Source of the DNA: an uncultured Methylomirabilota bacterium
GTDB taxonomy: Bacteria; Methylomirabilota; Methylomirabilia; Methylomirabilales; 2-02-FULL-66-22
Length of the DNA stretch: 64,000 bases
Direction of reading: 5' to 3'
Assembly (NCBI GenBank): GCA_963845565.1
Contig: CAWJSJ010000002.1
Location: 1,824,001 to 1,888,000 of the forward strand
In this document: positions 26,947-36,413 of the stretch, one piece after another
Numbering within the stretch: the stretch's first letter is position 1
Layout: every line of letters begins with the position of its first letter
Made by a program: the position numbers and the translations under genes
The notes under the pieces: model-generated
What the model was told of the DNA's origin: nothing
What the model saw: the letters and a program-made list of their open reading frames with translations, nothing else
Database searches by the model: none

Positions 26947-28830
26947 ATGCCGAGTCCCAAGTTTCCAGCGACGGCTACACTCCTGGATGCCAGGCAGTGC
27001 CCACTCGATAAATTCGATGCGCTCTTCGCGAAGATCACCCAGGAGCGCCGGATCGCGGATGGGTACTTCCTGCATGATCATCCCGACGCGGCGCTGGTGC
27101 TCTTTGTGGTGAACGGGTCACCCTACGGGGCAGGGCGCGCGGTCGGGCAGGCCTGCACGTTCCTGGAGATCCACGAGTTCTTCGCGGCGTATGCCGAGAA
27201 CCCGCAGACACCGCTCTCCTTCTTCGTCACCGACAAGCGGCTGCTATTAGGCCTGATGGTTCTCTTCCGTCATCAACCCGCTCTGACGTTCCGGACCGAC
27301 CTCACGGACATGTCGGATATTCTTCGCGCCGTGGCCGAGCGGAATATCGACCAGGTCCTCGGCCTTCGCTCGGCGGAAGATCGGGCCGTGTCCATCTGTG
27401 CGAAGGGGCGACCGATCGTGAATTTTTTCCCGCCAGGCGCCGGCGACGCCGCCAAGGATGCGTCGCTGGAGGCCCAGCTGGCGGCCTATGTACAGGGTCG
27501 GGATGGTGGGGTCTCGGTGGACGTGTTCGAGGAGACCCGGGTGGGACGCGCCGGCGATGCCATCCTGGCGACACCGGAGACGCGGGGCCGTTTGGTGGAG
27601 GTCTTCCTCGAAGTCGCCGCCAGGGTCAAAGAAGAGGAGGCGGCGGAAGCGGCGCGTTTGATCGACGTCCCGTCCGAGGAGCGTCTCCTTGTTGAACCGG
27701 AGATTCTCACCGCGCCGCTGCCGGCGGGTGAGCCGCCGGTCCCGAGTCCCGAGCCCGAGGTGCCACCGCTCACGCTGGAACCCCCCGCGGAGCCCGAGCC
27801 CGCGTTTATTCTGGAATCCCCGGCAGAGCCCGAACCGCCACTTGCCCTGGAACTTCCGGTGGAGGCCACACCTGCGTTTGTTTTGGAACCGCAGGCAGAG
27901 CCCGAGCCGCCACTCACGCTGGAACCCCCGGTGGAGGCCACGCCGGCGTTTGTCTTGGAACCGCAAGCGGAGCCCGAGCCACCGCTCATATTGGAATCCC
28001 CAGCGGAGGCTGAGCCGCCGCTCGCGCTGGAATCCCCAGTGGAAGCCGCTCCGCCCGTCATTGAAGCGTTGCCGCCCCTCCCGGACTCGACCTCGGAGGC
28101 GGGGCCGGCGACGGTGCGTCCCGTCGCGGAGGTGCTGCTCCTCCTCGGCGACAAACAACTGGGGGCATTCTCGCTGGGTGGGGGCGAGTTGACGATCGGA
28201 CGGACCCCCGGCAACGACATCGTGATCGACAACGTCGGGGTGTCTCGTCGGCATGCCGTGATGCGCGTGCAGGACGGCAAGGCGTTCCTGGAGGATCTCG
28301 GGAGCGCTAACGGAACCTTCGTCCGGGGGCAAAAGATCGAGCGCCACGAGCTTCAGGACGGGGACGAGATCGCGATCGTCAAGCACCGGCTCGTCTATCG
28401 CATTCCCAAAGACTCCGAGACCCCATCCCGGGTCGAACCCATGCCGGATCCGGGGCAGCGGACGATGTATATCGACACCACGACGATTGCTCAGGCCGTG
28501 GGATCACGGCAGGCGTCCCGCTCGGAGGGTGCCGCCGCGACCACGCTGCGCCCGCGGCTTCTCCTGCCAGACCTCAAGAAGTTCGCCCTGGACGAGGACG
28601 AGGTGACGCTCGGCAGCGGCTCCGGATGCCAGATCCAGCTCTCCGGGATGTTCGTCGGCCGCGTGCACGCCAAGATCGTGCGCACCAAGGAGGGGCAGTT
28701 GAAGATCCAGCACCTGAGCGGCCTGGCGGGGACCCGGGTGAACGGCGAGAAGATCTCGGAGCACATCCTGAAGCACGGAGACGAGATCGAGATCGCCAAG
28801 CAGAAACTCCTGTTCCGGCTCGAGCGCTGA
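26947..28830 (+). CDS. Double-FHA-domain protein with Pro/Glu repeat linker
   Basis: FHA1 IGR...VSRRHA...S.NGT; degenerate FHA2; AAGGAGG RBS. Confidence 0.9.
   Translation: MPSPKFPATATLLDARQCPLDKFDALFAKITQERRIADGYFLHDHPDAALVLFVVNGSPYGAGRAVGQACTFLEIHEFFAAYAENPQTPLSFFVTDKRLLLGLMVLFRHQPALTFRTDLTDMSDILRAVAERNIDQVLGLRSAEDRAVSICAKGRPIVNFFPPGAGDAAKDASLEAQLAAYVQGRDGGVSVDVFEETRVGRAGDAILATPETRGRLVEVFLEVAARVKEEEAAEAARLIDVPSEERLLVEPEILTAPLPAGEPPVPSPEPEVPPLTLEPPAEPEPAFILESPAEPEPPLALELPVEATPAFVLEPQAEPEPPLTLEPPVEATPAFVLEPQAEPEPPLILESPAEAEPPLALESPVEAAPPVIEALPPLPDSTSEAGPATVRPVAEVLLLLGDKQLGAFSLGGGELTIGRTPGNDIVIDNVGVSRRHAVMRVQDGKAFLEDLGSANGTFVRGQKIERHELQDGDEIAIVKHRLVYRIPKDSETPSRVEPMPDPGQRTMYIDTTTIAQAVGSRQASRSEGAAATTLRPRLLLPDLKKFALDEDEVTLGSGSGCQIQLSGMFVGRVHAKIVRTKEGQLKIQHLSGLAGTRVNGEKISEHILKHGDEIEIAKQKLLFRLER
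27775..28062 (+). repeat. Intragenic 36-nt (12-aa) tandem repeat x8
   Basis: LEPPAEPEPAFI/LESPAEPEPPLA/LELPVEATPAFV/LEPQAEPEPPLT/LEPPVEATPAFV/LEPQAEPEPPLI/LESPAEAEPPLA/LESPVEAAPPVI. Confidence 0.9.
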
Positions 28831-28933
28831 TTCCGGGGGCTTCGGATCGGGGGGAGGGGCTCTGAGTCCTGAGGTCCCCCCCGTTCCCAGCCCTGTTTGC
28901 CACTCCCGAACCCCGAACCTCCGGTTCCCGCCC

Positions 28934-29647
28934 ATGCACCTCGACGTCCTGTTCCTTCCTGGTGAATTGCCCTCGCGCTCCCGACCGGAAAGCACCGCGG
29001 TCGTGATCGATGTTATCCGCGCGACCACGACCATCGTGACCGCGTTCAGGAACGGGGCCCGGTCCGTGCTGCCCGTCACCACCCCGGAGGAGGCCCGCCG
29101 TGTGCGCGCGGTGACGCCCGACGCGGTGTTGGCCGGTGAGCGGGGCGGGCAGCGCATGGCCGGATTCGACCTGGGCAACTCGCCGCGCGAGTTCACGCGA
29201 GAGGCGGTTGGCGGGCGTGACGTGATCCTGACGACATCCAATGGCACCAAGGCGCTGCGCGCGGTCGGCGAGGGACGCGTCGTCGCCATCGGCGCGTTTC
29301 TGAACCGCGCCGGCGTGGCGGACTGGCTCGTGACCCGAGGTGAGGACGCGCTGATCGTCTGTTCCGGCTACGAGGGGATCTTCTCGCTGGAGGATTCGGT
29401 GTGCGCGGGGGCCGTCGTCGACCGAGCCGTGGCGCAGTCTCGGGAATTGCTGTTGGGCGATGGGGCCAGGGCCTGCCAGGTGCTGTGGACACGGTACGCA
29501 CCCGAGTTGCCCCGCTTCCTTCCCGACACCGGGTGGGGTCGCCACGTCGTCTCCATCGGCCTTGGCCCGGACCTGGATCTCTGCGCGGCGCTGGACGTGA
29601 CCGACGCGGTCCCCGTCATGACTGCGGGACGGATTGCGCGTCAGTGA
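28934..29647 (+). CDS. comB: 2-phosphosulfolactate phosphatase family
   Basis: IDVIRATTTI, GERGG, DLGNSP, TTSNGT, ED..CAG. Confidence 0.9.
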   Translation: MHLDVLFLPGELPSRSRPESTAVVIDVIRATTTIVTAFRNGARSVLPVTTPEEARRVRAVTPDAVLAGERGGQRMAGFDLGNSPREFTREAVGGRDVILTTSNGTKALRAVGEGRVVAIGAFLNRAGVADWLVTRGEDALIVCSGYEGIFSLEDSVCAGAVVDRAVAQSRELLLGDGARACQVLWTRYAPELPRFLPDTGWGRHVVSIGLGPDLDLCAALDVTDAVPVMTAGRIARQ

Positions 29648-29856
29648 TCGCGAGGCAAGGGGGCGCCGGTGCGCGGCGCTGTCCCGGGCGCCTCCGTCGG
29701 ACGCCATCCGACTGCCGTTTCCCCTCCCACCGCAGGATTCCTATCTTCACCGCAACCCGCCACGATCCCGGATACGCTCCCCGGCAGTAAATCCGAACTC
29801 GCCTGGCCCATCCGTCGTCCGCAACCCGGCAGTTGTTCGGTACACCGTTTTTGCCC

Positions 29857-29908
29857 TTGACAGCCAACCAGAGTACATGTTAGATGAAAAATCTGAAATT
29901 TCAGTTTT
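29857..29908 (+). promoter_or_regulatory. Promoter -35 and palindromic operator upstream of GntR
   Basis: TTGACA at 29857; AAAAT-CTGAAATTTCAG-TTTT palindrome (core 29893-29904). Confidence 0.6.
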
Positions 29909-29948
29909 CTGTCACACGTCCAGCTCCCAACGCACAGGGGGGCTCCCC

Positions 29949-30755
29949 ATGAAACGTCCGACGAGCCGCAGGGCAATCAAAGCCACAACCCAGACGGTCG
30001 GCCGAACCGGGCCGCTCATGGCTCGGGTCCGGGCAGGCTCGCTCTCCTTGGCAATTCACCATGAGAGCCTGGAAGACAAGATCTACAGCCAGCTTCGTTC
30101 CTTGATCGTGGGGCGCCAGCTCCTGCCGGGCGAGCGGATTCTGGTCGACCAGCTCGCCGCCGAGATGGGGGTCAGCCGGACGCCTGTCCTGAACGCCTTC
30201 CGGCGGCTGGGGCAGGAGGGCGTCGTCGAGGTCCTCCCGCGACGGGGCATCTATATTCGCCGGTACGGAAAGGCCGAGATGGTCAGGCTGTTCGCTGTCC
30301 GCGAGGTGCTGGACGGCCTGGCCACACGCCTTGCCATGGCGGCAATCCAGCCGGCGGAGATCGAAGAGTTTGCCCGAGCATTCGAGTCTCACGATCCGTC
30401 CTCGACGGCGCCAGCGGCGATCCGCCGCTACGTCGAGCTGGATCGCGCGTTCCACTGCCGCTTGGTGGAGCTCGCCGACAACGACCAGCTTCGGGCGGCG
30501 ATGGACTCCATCAACATGCGGCTCTTCGTTTGGCAGGACGGTGTGGTGCGGTCTGCGGCGGAGACCATCCCCGAGCACCTGGCGATCCTGGACGCGCTAC
30601 GCGCGCGGGATCCGGACGGCGCGGAGGCCGCCATGCGGCTGCACATTCGCCGCTCGCTAGAGCAGTTGCAGCGAGAGGCCGAAGCCGAAGAAGCGACAGT
30701 CGGCGAGCCGCGCCCGGCGCCGGTCCGTCCCGTCGGAGTGGGTGTTCGGGCGTAA
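29949..30755 (+). CDS. GntR family regulator with FCD domain
   Basis: PGERI...LA..MGVSRTPV HTH; D..FH, N..L, EH..I..A. Confidence 0.9.
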   Translation: MKRPTSRRAIKATTQTVGRTGPLMARVRAGSLSLAIHHESLEDKIYSQLRSLIVGRQLLPGERILVDQLAAEMGVSRTPVLNAFRRLGQEGVVEVLPRRGIYIRRYGKAEMVRLFAVREVLDGLATRLAMAAIQPAEIEEFARAFESHDPSSTAPAAIRRYVELDRAFHCRLVELADNDQLRAAMDSINMRLFVWQDGVVRSAAETIPEHLAILDALRARDPDGAEAAMRLHIRRSLEQLQREAEAEEATVGEPRPAPVRPVGVGVRA

Positions 30756-30881
30756 CCGGATGGAAAGGGGGTGGCGAGAGTCGCGGAACAGCGTGAAGCG
30801 TCAGAGAACAGGGCATGCACTGCCAAGCGCGGGACGTTATCCTCGCGCGAACCTCGAGACAACCTCGACACAGGAGGACAC

Positions 30882-31889
30882 GTGATGGCTAAGAAGATCT
30901 TGGCATTGACATTCGCCCTCGTCCTGGGTGCCGCTCTGGGGGGGCAGGCCGCCGACTACCCCACCCGGGACATCACGAACGTGGTCGTCTGGGCGGCGGG
31001 CGGTGGGACCGATGTCTGCAATCGAATCGTCATGGCGGAGATGCAGAAGAGCCTGAACGGCCGCATCAACGTTACCAACAAGACGGGCGGCGTCGGGGGC
31101 TCCATCGGCATGTTGCACGTCCTCAGTCAACCAGCCGACGGTTATACGCTGGCCGGGATCTCCGAGTCGTGCGTGACTGCAGGTGTGCAGGGCGGCTGGG
31201 AAAAAACCATGGATGTGTGGTATCCCTTCATCATTGGCGGTTCGCCGGATTTGGTCTCGGTCAGCCCCGAATCGCCCTACAAGACCATCAACGAGCTGAT
31301 CGAAGCCGCCAAGAAGGCCCCCAACACGATTAAGATCTCCGCGAGTGCGGCCGGCTCCATCCATCACCTCAACGTGCTGGCCATGGAGGCGGCGACGGGG
31401 GCCAAGTTCAATTATATCCCCTACCAGGGGTCGGCGCCGGGCCAGACGGCTGCCATGACAGGCGAAGTGAGCGTGGTGGTCACCTCGCTGGCCGAGCAGC
31501 AGCAACTCTTGAAGGGCAAGAAGTTGCGCCCCCTGGGGATGCTGACTCCGGACAAGGCCGAACTGGAAGGGGTCGGCACGATCCCCTCGGCGTTCACCGC
31601 CTATCCCGATCTCGCCAAGCGTCTGCCCATCATGCAAGCTATCGGTTTCGCCATCCGGAACGACGCCCCGGCCAACGTGAAGCAGGCCCTCACGAATGCC
31701 TTCAACAAGGCCATGCAGTCGGAGCCGGTGAAGAAATGGCTCAACGAAAACTACTACGCCGCGTCGGGGAAGAGCGGCGAGGAGGCCCGCAAGGAGTTCG
31801 CCAAGCTGGAGAGCCTGTTCGCCTGGACCCTCTGGGACCTCAAGGCGGCCAAGGTAGACCCAGCCACGTTGAAGATCCCGAAGCCTTAA
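30882..31889 (+). CDS. tctC: Tripartite tricarboxylate transporter substrate-binding protein
   Basis: YP...I..VV.W.AGGGTD, N..G..G.IG, PADGYTL, IPY.G. Confidence 0.85.
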   Translation: MMAKKILALTFALVLGAALGGQAADYPTRDITNVVVWAAGGGTDVCNRIVMAEMQKSLNGRINVTNKTGGVGGSIGMLHVLSQPADGYTLAGISESCVTAGVQGGWEKTMDVWYPFIIGGSPDLVSVSPESPYKTINELIEAAKKAPNTIKISASAAGSIHHLNVLAMEAATGAKFNYIPYQGSAPGQTAAMTGEVSVVVTSLAEQQQLLKGKKLRPLGMLTPDKAELEGVGTIPSAFTAYPDLAKRLPIMQAIGFAIRNDAPANVKQALTNAFNKAMQSEPVKKWLNENYYAASGKSGEEARKEFAKLESLFAWTLWDLKAAKVDPATLKIPKP

Positions 31890-31906
31890 CCGGATGTGTC
31901 TGCGCA

Positions 31907-31934
31907 CGCAGGGGGCGGAGATCCGCCCCCTGCG
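31907..31934 (+). terminator. Strong hairpin after tctC
   Basis: cgcagggggcgga-ga-tccgccccctgcg; no U-tract. Confidence 0.5.
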
Positions 31935-31955
31935 CCCTGCGAGGAGATTCGGCTG

Positions 31956-32714
31956 ATGGACGATCCAATCCGAATGCGAAGAGCCGACTTTTGGACAAGC
32001 CTCGTCTTCTTCGGCATCGCCGCCGGAATGATCGGCAGCGCCATGACGATGCCGCTCAAGGAGAGCTTCGCCGGCGTCCAGAACGCCTGGTACGTCTCGC
32101 CCGCCCTGCTTCCCCTGATGATCGCCGGGGGACTCCTCATCCTGGCGACGACTCTACTATGCAACGCCATCCGCACCGGCGGAGCTAGCGCCGCCTTCGC
32201 CTCTCTGGGGCGATGGGCCGAGGCGAGCAGGGACGCCGCTGCGCGGATGCTGGTCTCCATAGCGATGATCACCGGGTACGTCTTCGGCCTGATCCCCCGT
32301 GTGGACTACGTCATTGCCACGGCATTGTTTCTCCAGGTCTTCATCGCGGCCTTCTACGTCGGCCGCAAAGAGATCATGCGACTTCAGACCGCGAGCTTCC
32401 TGCTCGTCGTCGCGCCGGCCTTCCTGGCAGATCTTTTCGGCGTCTATCCATCGCCTGGAACCGCACCGCGGTATGGCCTCGACCTGATCGTGCTTCTCAT
32501 CGGGTTCGGGCTTGGGCTGGTAACCTGGCGGCGACTCGCGCCCGACCCCATCGGCCGGCGGCGGTTCGCGATCACCATCGCCGTCAGCATCGTGGTCGCG
32601 CTCCTCACCAGCGTGTCGTTCAAGTTCGGCCTGCTCGTTCCGCTTCCGGCGGAAGGACCCGTGGTTCGCGCGATGGAAACCGTCGCCATCGCCCTCCGCA
32701 AACTCGGCGCGTAG
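31956..32714 (+). CDS. TctB-like small membrane subunit (extended)
   Basis: Between tctC and tctA; SPALLP and F...L.VPLP motifs; extra TM helices. Confidence 0.7.
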   Translation: MDDPIRMRRADFWTSLVFFGIAAGMIGSAMTMPLKESFAGVQNAWYVSPALLPLMIAGGLLILATTLLCNAIRTGGASAAFASLGRWAEASRDAAARMLVSIAMITGYVFGLIPRVDYVIATALFLQVFIAAFYVGRKEIMRLQTASFLLVVAPAFLADLFGVYPSPGTAPRYGLDLIVLLIGFGLGLVTWRRLAPDPIGRRRFAITIAVSIVVALLTSVSFKFGLLVPLPAEGPVVRAMETVAIALRKLGA

Positions 32715-32722
32715 GAGCTCGC

Positions 32723-34255
32723 ATGGATCTCGTCGGCCAGTTCAGCCTCTTTTTCGGGACCATCGTTGCGCTGTTGTCAAATCCCTACAACTGGGTCCTG
32801 CTCGTCGTCTCGATGGTCCTGGGGATCGTCTTTGGCGCTCTGCCGGGCCTCACGGCGACACTTGGCGTGGCGCTTCTCACCACCCTGACATACGGGCTGC
32901 CGCTCAATTCGGCGATGATCTCGCTCCTCGCCATGTACGTGGGTGCCGTGTATGGCGGCTCGTACTCCTCTATTCTGATCAACATTCCCGGGACGGCCGC
33001 CGCCGCCGCCACGGCCCTCGACGGATACCCGATGGCTCTCAAGGGCGAAGGCGGCCGCGCCCTCGGCCTCACCACCACGGCCTCCTTCATCGGCACCATT
33101 CTGGGAACCTTTGCGTTGGCCGCGACGGCCCCGCTGATCGCACAACTGGCACTCCAGTTCACCTCCTTCGAATTCTTCCTTTTGGCTTTCTTCGGGATCG
33201 TCATCAGCGGCTCGCTGACCGCCAAGGATCTCTTCTACAAGTCCTGGATTGCCGGCCTCCTGGGCCTGGCTCTGGCGTGCGTCGGGCGGGACAATCTTCA
33301 GTCCTATCCGAGATTCACCATGGGCTTCTCCCAGCTCGAGGGTGGGATCGAAGTCGTTCCGGTTCTCATCGGCGCCTTCGGGATTCCCCAGATCATCAAG
33401 ACGATGCGCGATCCGCTCCGGGTGGATAAACCGCAGGAAATCAGCAAGATCCTCCCCGACTGGGGAACGATTGCTCGCCAATTCAAGAATGTCGTCCGCT
33501 CCGCGCTGATCGGCATCGGCATCGGCGCGGTTCCGGGTGTGGGGGAGGACGTTGCGGCCTGGGTGTCGTACGGCACGGCCAAGAACACCTCGCGCCATCC
33601 GGAGCGCTTCGGGACCGGCGAGCCGGCCGGCGTCGTCGCCTGCGAGACGGCCAACAACGCCTGCATCGGCGGCGCGCTGATCCCCCTCCTCACGCTCGGC
33701 ATTCCGGGCAGCCCGCCGGCGGCGATGTTGCTCGGGGCACTGTTGATCCATGGCGTCAATCCGGGGCCGAACCTGCCCTTCGAACGGCCCGGGTTCCTCA
33801 TCGAGGTCACCGCCATCATGCTCCTCTGCTCCGCCACCATGTGGGTTTGCGGGATGCTGCTATGCCGGCAAGTCATCAAGGTGCTGCGGGCCCCCTCCGA
33901 GGTGTTTCTTCCTATCGTTGGGGTGCTGTGTGTGATCGGGTCGTACGCCATCGGTCTCAACGTCGTGAACCTCTACCTGATGGTGCTGGTCGGCGTCGCC
34001 GCGTTCTTTTTGATCGAGATGGAGTATCCCATCGCACCCCTCGTCATCGGGGTCATCCTGGGACCGATGGCCGACGAGAACCTGCGCCGGGCGCTCATGG
34101 TGTCTCAGGGAAGCTTTCTGCCTTTCTTCACGCGACCGGTCTCAGTAATCCTGCTCGTGACCATCGTCCTCGTCATGCTCAACCAGGTCCCGGCCTACCG
34201 GCAGTGGCAATCTGGAGTGTTCGATCGCGTGTGGCGGCGACCGACGGCAGCTTAG
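32723..34255 (+). CDS. tctA: Tripartite tricarboxylate transporter permease
   Basis: GALPGL, YGGS...ILINIPG, DGYPM, ETANNA, LGIPGS. Confidence 0.92.
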   Translation: MDLVGQFSLFFGTIVALLSNPYNWVLLVVSMVLGIVFGALPGLTATLGVALLTTLTYGLPLNSAMISLLAMYVGAVYGGSYSSILINIPGTAAAAATALDGYPMALKGEGGRALGLTTTASFIGTILGTFALAATAPLIAQLALQFTSFEFFLLAFFGIVISGSLTAKDLFYKSWIAGLLGLALACVGRDNLQSYPRFTMGFSQLEGGIEVVPVLIGAFGIPQIIKTMRDPLRVDKPQEISKILPDWGTIARQFKNVVRSALIGIGIGAVPGVGEDVAAWVSYGTAKNTSRHPERFGTGEPAGVVACETANNACIGGALIPLLTLGIPGSPPAAMLLGALLIHGVNPGPNLPFERPGFLIEVTAIMLLCSATMWVCGMLLCRQVIKVLRAPSEVFLPIVGVLCVIGSYAIGLNVVNLYLMVLVGVAAFFLIEMEYPIAPLVIGVILGPMADENLRRALMVSQGSFLPFFTRPVSVILLVTIVLVMLNQVPAYRQWQSGVFDRVWRRPTAA

Positions 34256-34277
34256 AGGGGTCGGGGCCGGAGGGATC

Positions 34278-35144
34278 ATGTTCGGAGTCAGCCCAGCCTT
34301 TGTGTTCTCGCTTTACGGAACAGGATTCACCGTCCCGGACTTTTGCGACGCGTTGCCCAGGATCAAGCGGCTCGGCTTCGATGCCTTCCAGCCGGAGATT
34401 TACGTCGCGAACGCGATTTCGGAGTGGCGGCGAGAGGCAGGTCGTCTCCAGCGGACCGCCGCAGATCTTAACCTTGTTCCGACCCAGTTCGTGGCGCACT
34501 TCATGCTGGAATGGTTCGCGAGGCCGGAACGGCTCGGGCCCGACCAGGGTCTCGACGAGTTGAGGCGCGTCGTCGAAGTCGTTCACGCGTTTCCGGCCTG
34601 CCGGGTGATCACGGTTCCCGCCGTCCAGTTCGAGATGGAGTGGGGCTCGGTCGCGCGGACCGGAGTGAGCGCGTGGGTCGACATCCGACAGCGTGTGATG
34701 GAGAAGATCCGGCGGTACCTTGAGGTGGTGTCGGAGGCGGGACTCAAACTCGCCTTCGAGATCGCGCCCTTCTCCGTCATCGGAGGGATTCACCGGTTCC
34801 TCGATCTTTGCGATCAGATCGGCTCACCAGACCTCGGCCTCAACTTCGACACGGGCCATGCCTGGGCTTGCCGAGAGCTGGTTCCTTTGTTGCCGTTTGA
34901 GTTGCAGGGGCGGATCTTTGGTACGCACCTGGGCGACAACCGGAGCACCGAGAACGTCAAGATGCCGCTCGGGCAGGGGACCATTCCCTGGGGGCCGCTG
35001 CTGCGGAACCTGCACGCCGCCGGCTATCGCGGCAGCCTGGACATCGAGATCGGTTGCCCCGCGGGCGAGGTGGAACAACACTACCGCCAGGGACTGGAGC
35101 ACCTCCAGGCATTGGTCAACACCTCGAAAGGAGACCGCGCGTGA
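34278..35144 (+). CDS. Sugar phosphate isomerase/epimerase (TIM barrel)
   Basis: LAFE, NFDTGH, HLGD, LG.G.I.W, IE metal ligands. Confidence 0.85.
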   Translation: MFGVSPAFVFSLYGTGFTVPDFCDALPRIKRLGFDAFQPEIYVANAISEWRREAGRLQRTAADLNLVPTQFVAHFMLEWFARPERLGPDQGLDELRRVVEVVHAFPACRVITVPAVQFEMEWGSVARTGVSAWVDIRQRVMEKIRRYLEVVSEAGLKLAFEIAPFSVIGGIHRFLDLCDQIGSPDLGLNFDTGHAWACRELVPLLPFELQGRIFGTHLGDNRSTENVKMPLGQGTIPWGPLLRNLHAAGYRGSLDIEIGCPAGEVEQHYRQGLEHLQALVNTSKGDRA

Positions 35145-36112
35145 ATACGACCGTCAAGTGCGCCCTCATCACGGCCTTCGTCGGCAAGACGAAGGATCGC
35201 TTTCACGAGTACAACAAGGACAAGACGCTGGCCGAGCGCCTCGATCTGGTCGCGCAGATGGCCGGCATGGGCGGCGTCGAGGTCATCTTTCCGTACGAGG
35301 TGAGCGATCCGGCCACCTTCACGTCGCTGCTGCAGAAGCACAAGCTGGCCGTGGCAGCAATCAACGTCAACGTCAAGGCCGAGCCCGAGTTCCGGGCCGG
35401 CGGCCTGACCTCCACCGACCCCGCCATCCGACAGAAGGCGGTCCAGTTCATCAAGAACGCCAAGGATTTCGCCCAGGCGTCGGGGGCCAACAAGGTCACC
35501 TGCTGTCCGCTGGGCGACGGCTACGAGTTCGCCTTCCAGTGCGACTACGCCCAGATGTGGAAGTACCTGGTGGAGACGTTCGGCGAGGCGGGGAGCTACA
35601 AGCCCGAGATCCCGCTCTTCATCGAATACAAGCCCAGCGAGACGCGCGGGCGCTGCTTCGTGGACACCGCCGCCAAGACGCTCTGCCTCCTGAACGATAT
35701 CGGCATCAAGGGGATGGGCGTGACGGTGGACTTCGGCCACTCGAAGTACGGCCAGGAGAACCCGGCGGAGGTGGTGGCCCTTCTGGCCAACAGCCGGTAT
35801 CCCTATTACATCCACATCAACGACAACAACGGCAAGTGGGACTGGGACTACATGGTGGCCACCCACAACTTCCTGGAGTACGTGGAGTTCCTGTTCTACC
35901 TCCAGGAGTACGGATACGACGACTACCTGACCTCGGACACGTCGCCGACCCGCTGGGACATCATCGGCACCTTCGAGGTCAACACGCGGATGTCGCAGAA
36001 GATCTGGAGCCTGCTCCTGGGCCTGGACCGGAAGGAGTTCACGCGCCTGATCCAGGCCGGCGACTTCCTGAAGACCTGGAAGTTCATCGAGGCGAACATC
36101 CTGAAGCTCTAG
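35141..36112 (+). CDS. Xylose/rhamnose-isomerase-like TIM barrel protein
   Basis: GDG, IEYKPSE, DFGH, HINDN...DWD; GTGA overlap. Confidence 0.85.
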   Translation: MNTTVKCALITAFVGKTKDRFHEYNKDKTLAERLDLVAQMAGMGGVEVIFPYEVSDPATFTSLLQKHKLAVAAINVNVKAEPEFRAGGLTSTDPAIRQKAVQFIKNAKDFAQASGANKVTCCPLGDGYEFAFQCDYAQMWKYLVETFGEAGSYKPEIPLFIEYKPSETRGRCFVDTAAKTLCLLNDIGIKGMGVTVDFGHSKYGQENPAEVVALLANSRYPYYIHINDNNGKWDWDYMVATHNFLEYVEFLFYLQEYGYDDYLTSDTSPTRWDIIGTFEVNTRMSQKIWSLLLGLDRKEFTRLIQAGDFLKTWKFIEANILKL

Positions 36113-36284
36113 CAGGCTTCTGAAAACGGCCCTTCTGCTTCGTTGGCTTGCTCAGGCGCTCGTTGCGGCGTACCTGGAGTACGCCTGGACCAGCTGCGCT
36201 GGGTACCCCGCCTATCGCGCGCCGCCTTGCATTTGGACCGTTTTGAGCAGCTGACTTAACGAGGGTCTTTCTGGAGACAGCTAG
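36109..36284 (+). mobile_element. MITE-like repeat family A, copy 2
   Basis: ctagcaggcttctgaaaacggccc...ttttgagcag...gctag starting at the gene's TAG. Confidence 0.75.
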
Positions 36285-36413
36285 CGCTGGAGAAAGGTCT
36301 CGAGTGCAGGGACCGGAGACGGTTCATATTGGGGGAATCCTGGGCCGGCCAGTACGACGGCCCCCGGCTCCATTTCCGGTGATGGTCTGGCACGACAAGA
36401 AAGGAACGATCCG

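Noticed and set aside
27775..28062. 36-nt periodic repeat as a possible CRISPR array
   Set aside because: In-frame coding repeat without unique spacers; no cas genes.
28934..29647. Coenzyme M biosynthesis inferred from comB
   Set aside because: No comA/comC/comDE nearby; ComB homologs are widespread in bacteria that do not make CoM.
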